Shown here: positions 61,346 through 64,000 of the stretch, one piece after another
How the letters are laid out: every line of letters starts with the position of its first letter
Numbering within the stretch: the first letter of the stretch is position 1
Assembly: GCF_000143415.4 (NCBI RefSeq)
Contig: NW_003314295.1
Span: forward strand, 1,597,950 to 1,661,949
DNA: 64,000 nt
From: Selaginella moellendorffii
Taxonomy: Eukaryota > Plantae > Lycopodiophyta
Reading direction: 5' to 3'
The notes under the pieces: model-generated
Databases searched by the model: none
Seen by the model: the letters and a program-made list of their open reading frames with translations, nothing else
Told to the model about the DNA's origin: nothing
Program-made: the position numbers and the translations under genes

Positions 61346-62259
61346 ATGGTGGTCAAGTGGTGAGTGCTTGCGCAATGGCGCATGTGAATGGGCTCACAGA
61401 GCGTTTGCTTGGATTCTAGGGTTCTTCACTGGCAGCCGTCGGCGGGCGCTCAGGTGACGAGCCAGACGCTGGTGGATTTGTTCCGGAGCATCGAGAGCAT
61501 GAATGGCGTGCGCACCGGGCGGTGGCAGATCACCGCCGCGCAGCACCGGCCTTTCACTCGAGGTATGTAGGTTCGTGGGACCGTGCGCTTGAGCGAGCAA
61601 GTCGGATTGATTTGGAGCGCACTGCGCTGCGCTTGGCACAGACCAGGCCATGGCGATCGACTGCGCAAAGGAGCTCCTGGGTGTGGCGTTTAGCGAATTT
61701 GCAAGCAAGCACTACTTCGTGCTACGCGCCGAGCGAATGGTCGTGGAGGCCGACTCGAGCATCCAGGCCATCATGGAAAAGCTCCAAGTTTACAGGAACA
61801 GGCTTTCCATGGTCTTCGAGGTGGAAAGACACTATTTTTTTTCTTGGATTTCCCGTTCACGATCGTTCTTTTCGTTTCCGTGGCAGGGATTTCAATACCA
61901 GCTCGGTGATTTCCAGCTCAAAGCCGGCCGAGCAGTGCTGTCACAGGCAGAAAATCTCCGAGGCATTGTCCTCGAGGTATATTTTCTTCTCCTCTCTGGA
62001 ACTCGTACAGATAGTTCTAAAGTTTGCACAGGTTGAGTACTCGCCGGTTTCGTCGATCGAGAAAACACGGCAGATGATGCAAGAGTTCGTGGATCTCTGG
62101 CAAGAGGCGATCTCAGCACAGTCCATGAGTGGACGTATCTCGCTCCTAGAACCAAATTTTGCCGAGTACGCGCTCTCAGATACTTATACTTGGCAGCACA
62201 CTGCACTGCAGTACATTTTTTTGTTTGCTTACTTCCTGTCGCAATCCCAAAGAGCATGA
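61346..62259 (+). CDS. MED20: Mediator subunit 20, 5 exons
   Basis: MVVKWVLHWQP, VEADSSIQAIMEKLQ, GFQYQLGDFQLKAG, LRGIVLEVEY, YTWQHTALQY. Confidence 0.9.
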
Positions 62260-64000
62260 TCGCAATCAACACATCTCTCTTCTAGTTCGAGGTGATTTTC
62301 TTTCCTGCTGTCCAAGTATTAACATATATCGCTCCAGAACATGTATGTTAGTTAGAGGTTAGACAAAGCAATGTAAGGGGTATCATCTGATAGACTAGCT
62401 AGACGCTACATCCACACACAAAGAGAAAGAATTCGCAACTGGTTAATGTTCTCAATGCATCCTGGAATCCTGATCATCTTAAACGGGAGTTCAAATCATT
62501 TAAGGTTAGTGTTTGCAAAATTCTTGTTTGCTCCAGACCTGCTCACTAGATTACGACATTTTTTTAATACAATTATTGAAAATTTTATTATCAATGTCAC
62601 ATTTAATAGACTTTCAAATGTTAAAATTTAACTTTGTGAGGGCCAAGTGTACGGCTACAATGCCATATATTAATATTAATGTAGTGGGATTTTGGTAGTT
62701 GTCGGATTGATTTCAATTCAAACCACTTGCTTTTGTATATAAGTTAGGGTTTTTGGGCTAATTGATATGCACATTTTCTGTATTCCCTTTTCATATTCCA
62801 AGCACTCACAATAGTTTTATTATAAAATAAATAAAAATTTAATTATAAATATAATTTATTAAATCATAACACATATAAAAATGTAAAAAGAAATTTTTTT
62901 AGTTAAATACAGAATGCATTTTACCATATTGGCATTATAATCTCCTTGAAGAATCACTCATAGAAGCTACACACTATACAAACTCAAGCAAAAGTCGTGT
63001 TTGATATTAGGAAACTAGCATGAGATAGGTTAGATGCTAAGGGCACTCACTAAACCCTAAATACAAATTATATATATGTATCAAAAGAATATACTGATTT
63101 CCACATATAGTGCTCTCTATTGGGAAATTCATCTCAACATTAGTATAGATAGATAGTATAGATAGTATATGTCTAAAGGATAATAGGATGACCACAAGGA
63201 AACACTAGTGGTATAAGCATAGCCATAGTAAATTTATTTTCTAGCAATTTCAAGCACTCTAGAAAATCAATATTGAGCAAACAATCTTTAAATGGATCTA
63301 AGAATATATTATTGTGTTTTTTCTTGTGATATGTACTTTGTTTTCTATATTATAGAGCATTTTAGATAATGTGAAATTATACTAGGTATGTATTAGCAAA
63401 TTCTAATCATAGCTCATTTCTGGGATATCATGCTACAACTTTCATATATCTATTCTAAAGATTGGATATGAGTAAGCAATTTTAAAAACACTCAAAATAA
63501 CTAATGGATGCAAGATTTCTCAAAAAATTATGTACAAAACAAGAATAAGAAACATACATTTCCTTTTAACAACTAATGGACTATGTGATATTTAAATCTA
63601 AATATAACATATTTGATGATCATATAATTATTAATAGACACATGGGTTGATGAACTCAATACAGTGATGAGGCTCCATCCAAACCACTATCACCTTGAGC
63701 TTTAAAAAAAAACAAATCCAATAATATTAATAAAATAGAAAAAAAACCAATAAGGTTAGAGGCCTATTGATTTAATTTATGGCTACCTATATACCAATTA
63801 AAAATCCATACCTTTTGTTATGAAATCACTTGCTATTTTGTTTACTTTCAATTAAAGAATTGTCTATAAATCAGTTGTTATTCAATTGTAATTACCATTT
63901 TTTTTTTGTTATACAACTGTTTCACCAATATTGGCCTAGAATACACCACCAACTTTCATCTCTAGAAGATCAAATTTAGAGATACTATTAGTAAGATATT

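Noticed and set aside
62400-64000. AT-rich terminal region as a mobile element
   Set aside because: Only faint internal similarity; no termini, TSD or coding remnant identifiable within the window.

Overview
Gene-dense eukaryotic land-plant DNA with very short introns (mostly 40-100 nt) and tiny intergenic gaps. The architecture, the PLS-type PPR genes and a cilium-type gene suggest a lycophyte such as Selaginella (inference, not verified). Two conserved gene blocks flank a rearranged accessory region. Block 1 (0.5-19.3 kb): class I KNOX, atypical thioredoxin, alpha/beta hydrolase, IFRD, formamidase, DUF1764, RNase J, TrmH/SpoU methylase, NAC-alpha, complex I B15, DnaJ-RRM, tRNA-His, DUF538. 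Block 2 (44.7-62.3 kb): NDPK, HESO1-like, a Chibby-like gene, PAN/cyclophilin-like, AATF, CKX, MED20. The accessory region (19.6-44.3 kb) holds a PPR gene, a FYVE4-like gene, an RBOH pseudogene, tandem repeats and a patchwork of copied local gene fragments. Three observations stand out. (1) Two different LTR retroelements are fused tail-to-tail and share one 5-bp target-site duplication, inside a ~100-bp hairpin whose other arm preserves the empty site. (2) A cluster of tRNA-like elements (anticodons GGA, GGA, GAA, TAA) with internal T-runs lies just upstream of AATF. (3) A four-exon gene missed by the ORF track resembles the basal-body protein Chibby. Exon boundaries were read by eye and family assignments come from motif recognition, not database searches.
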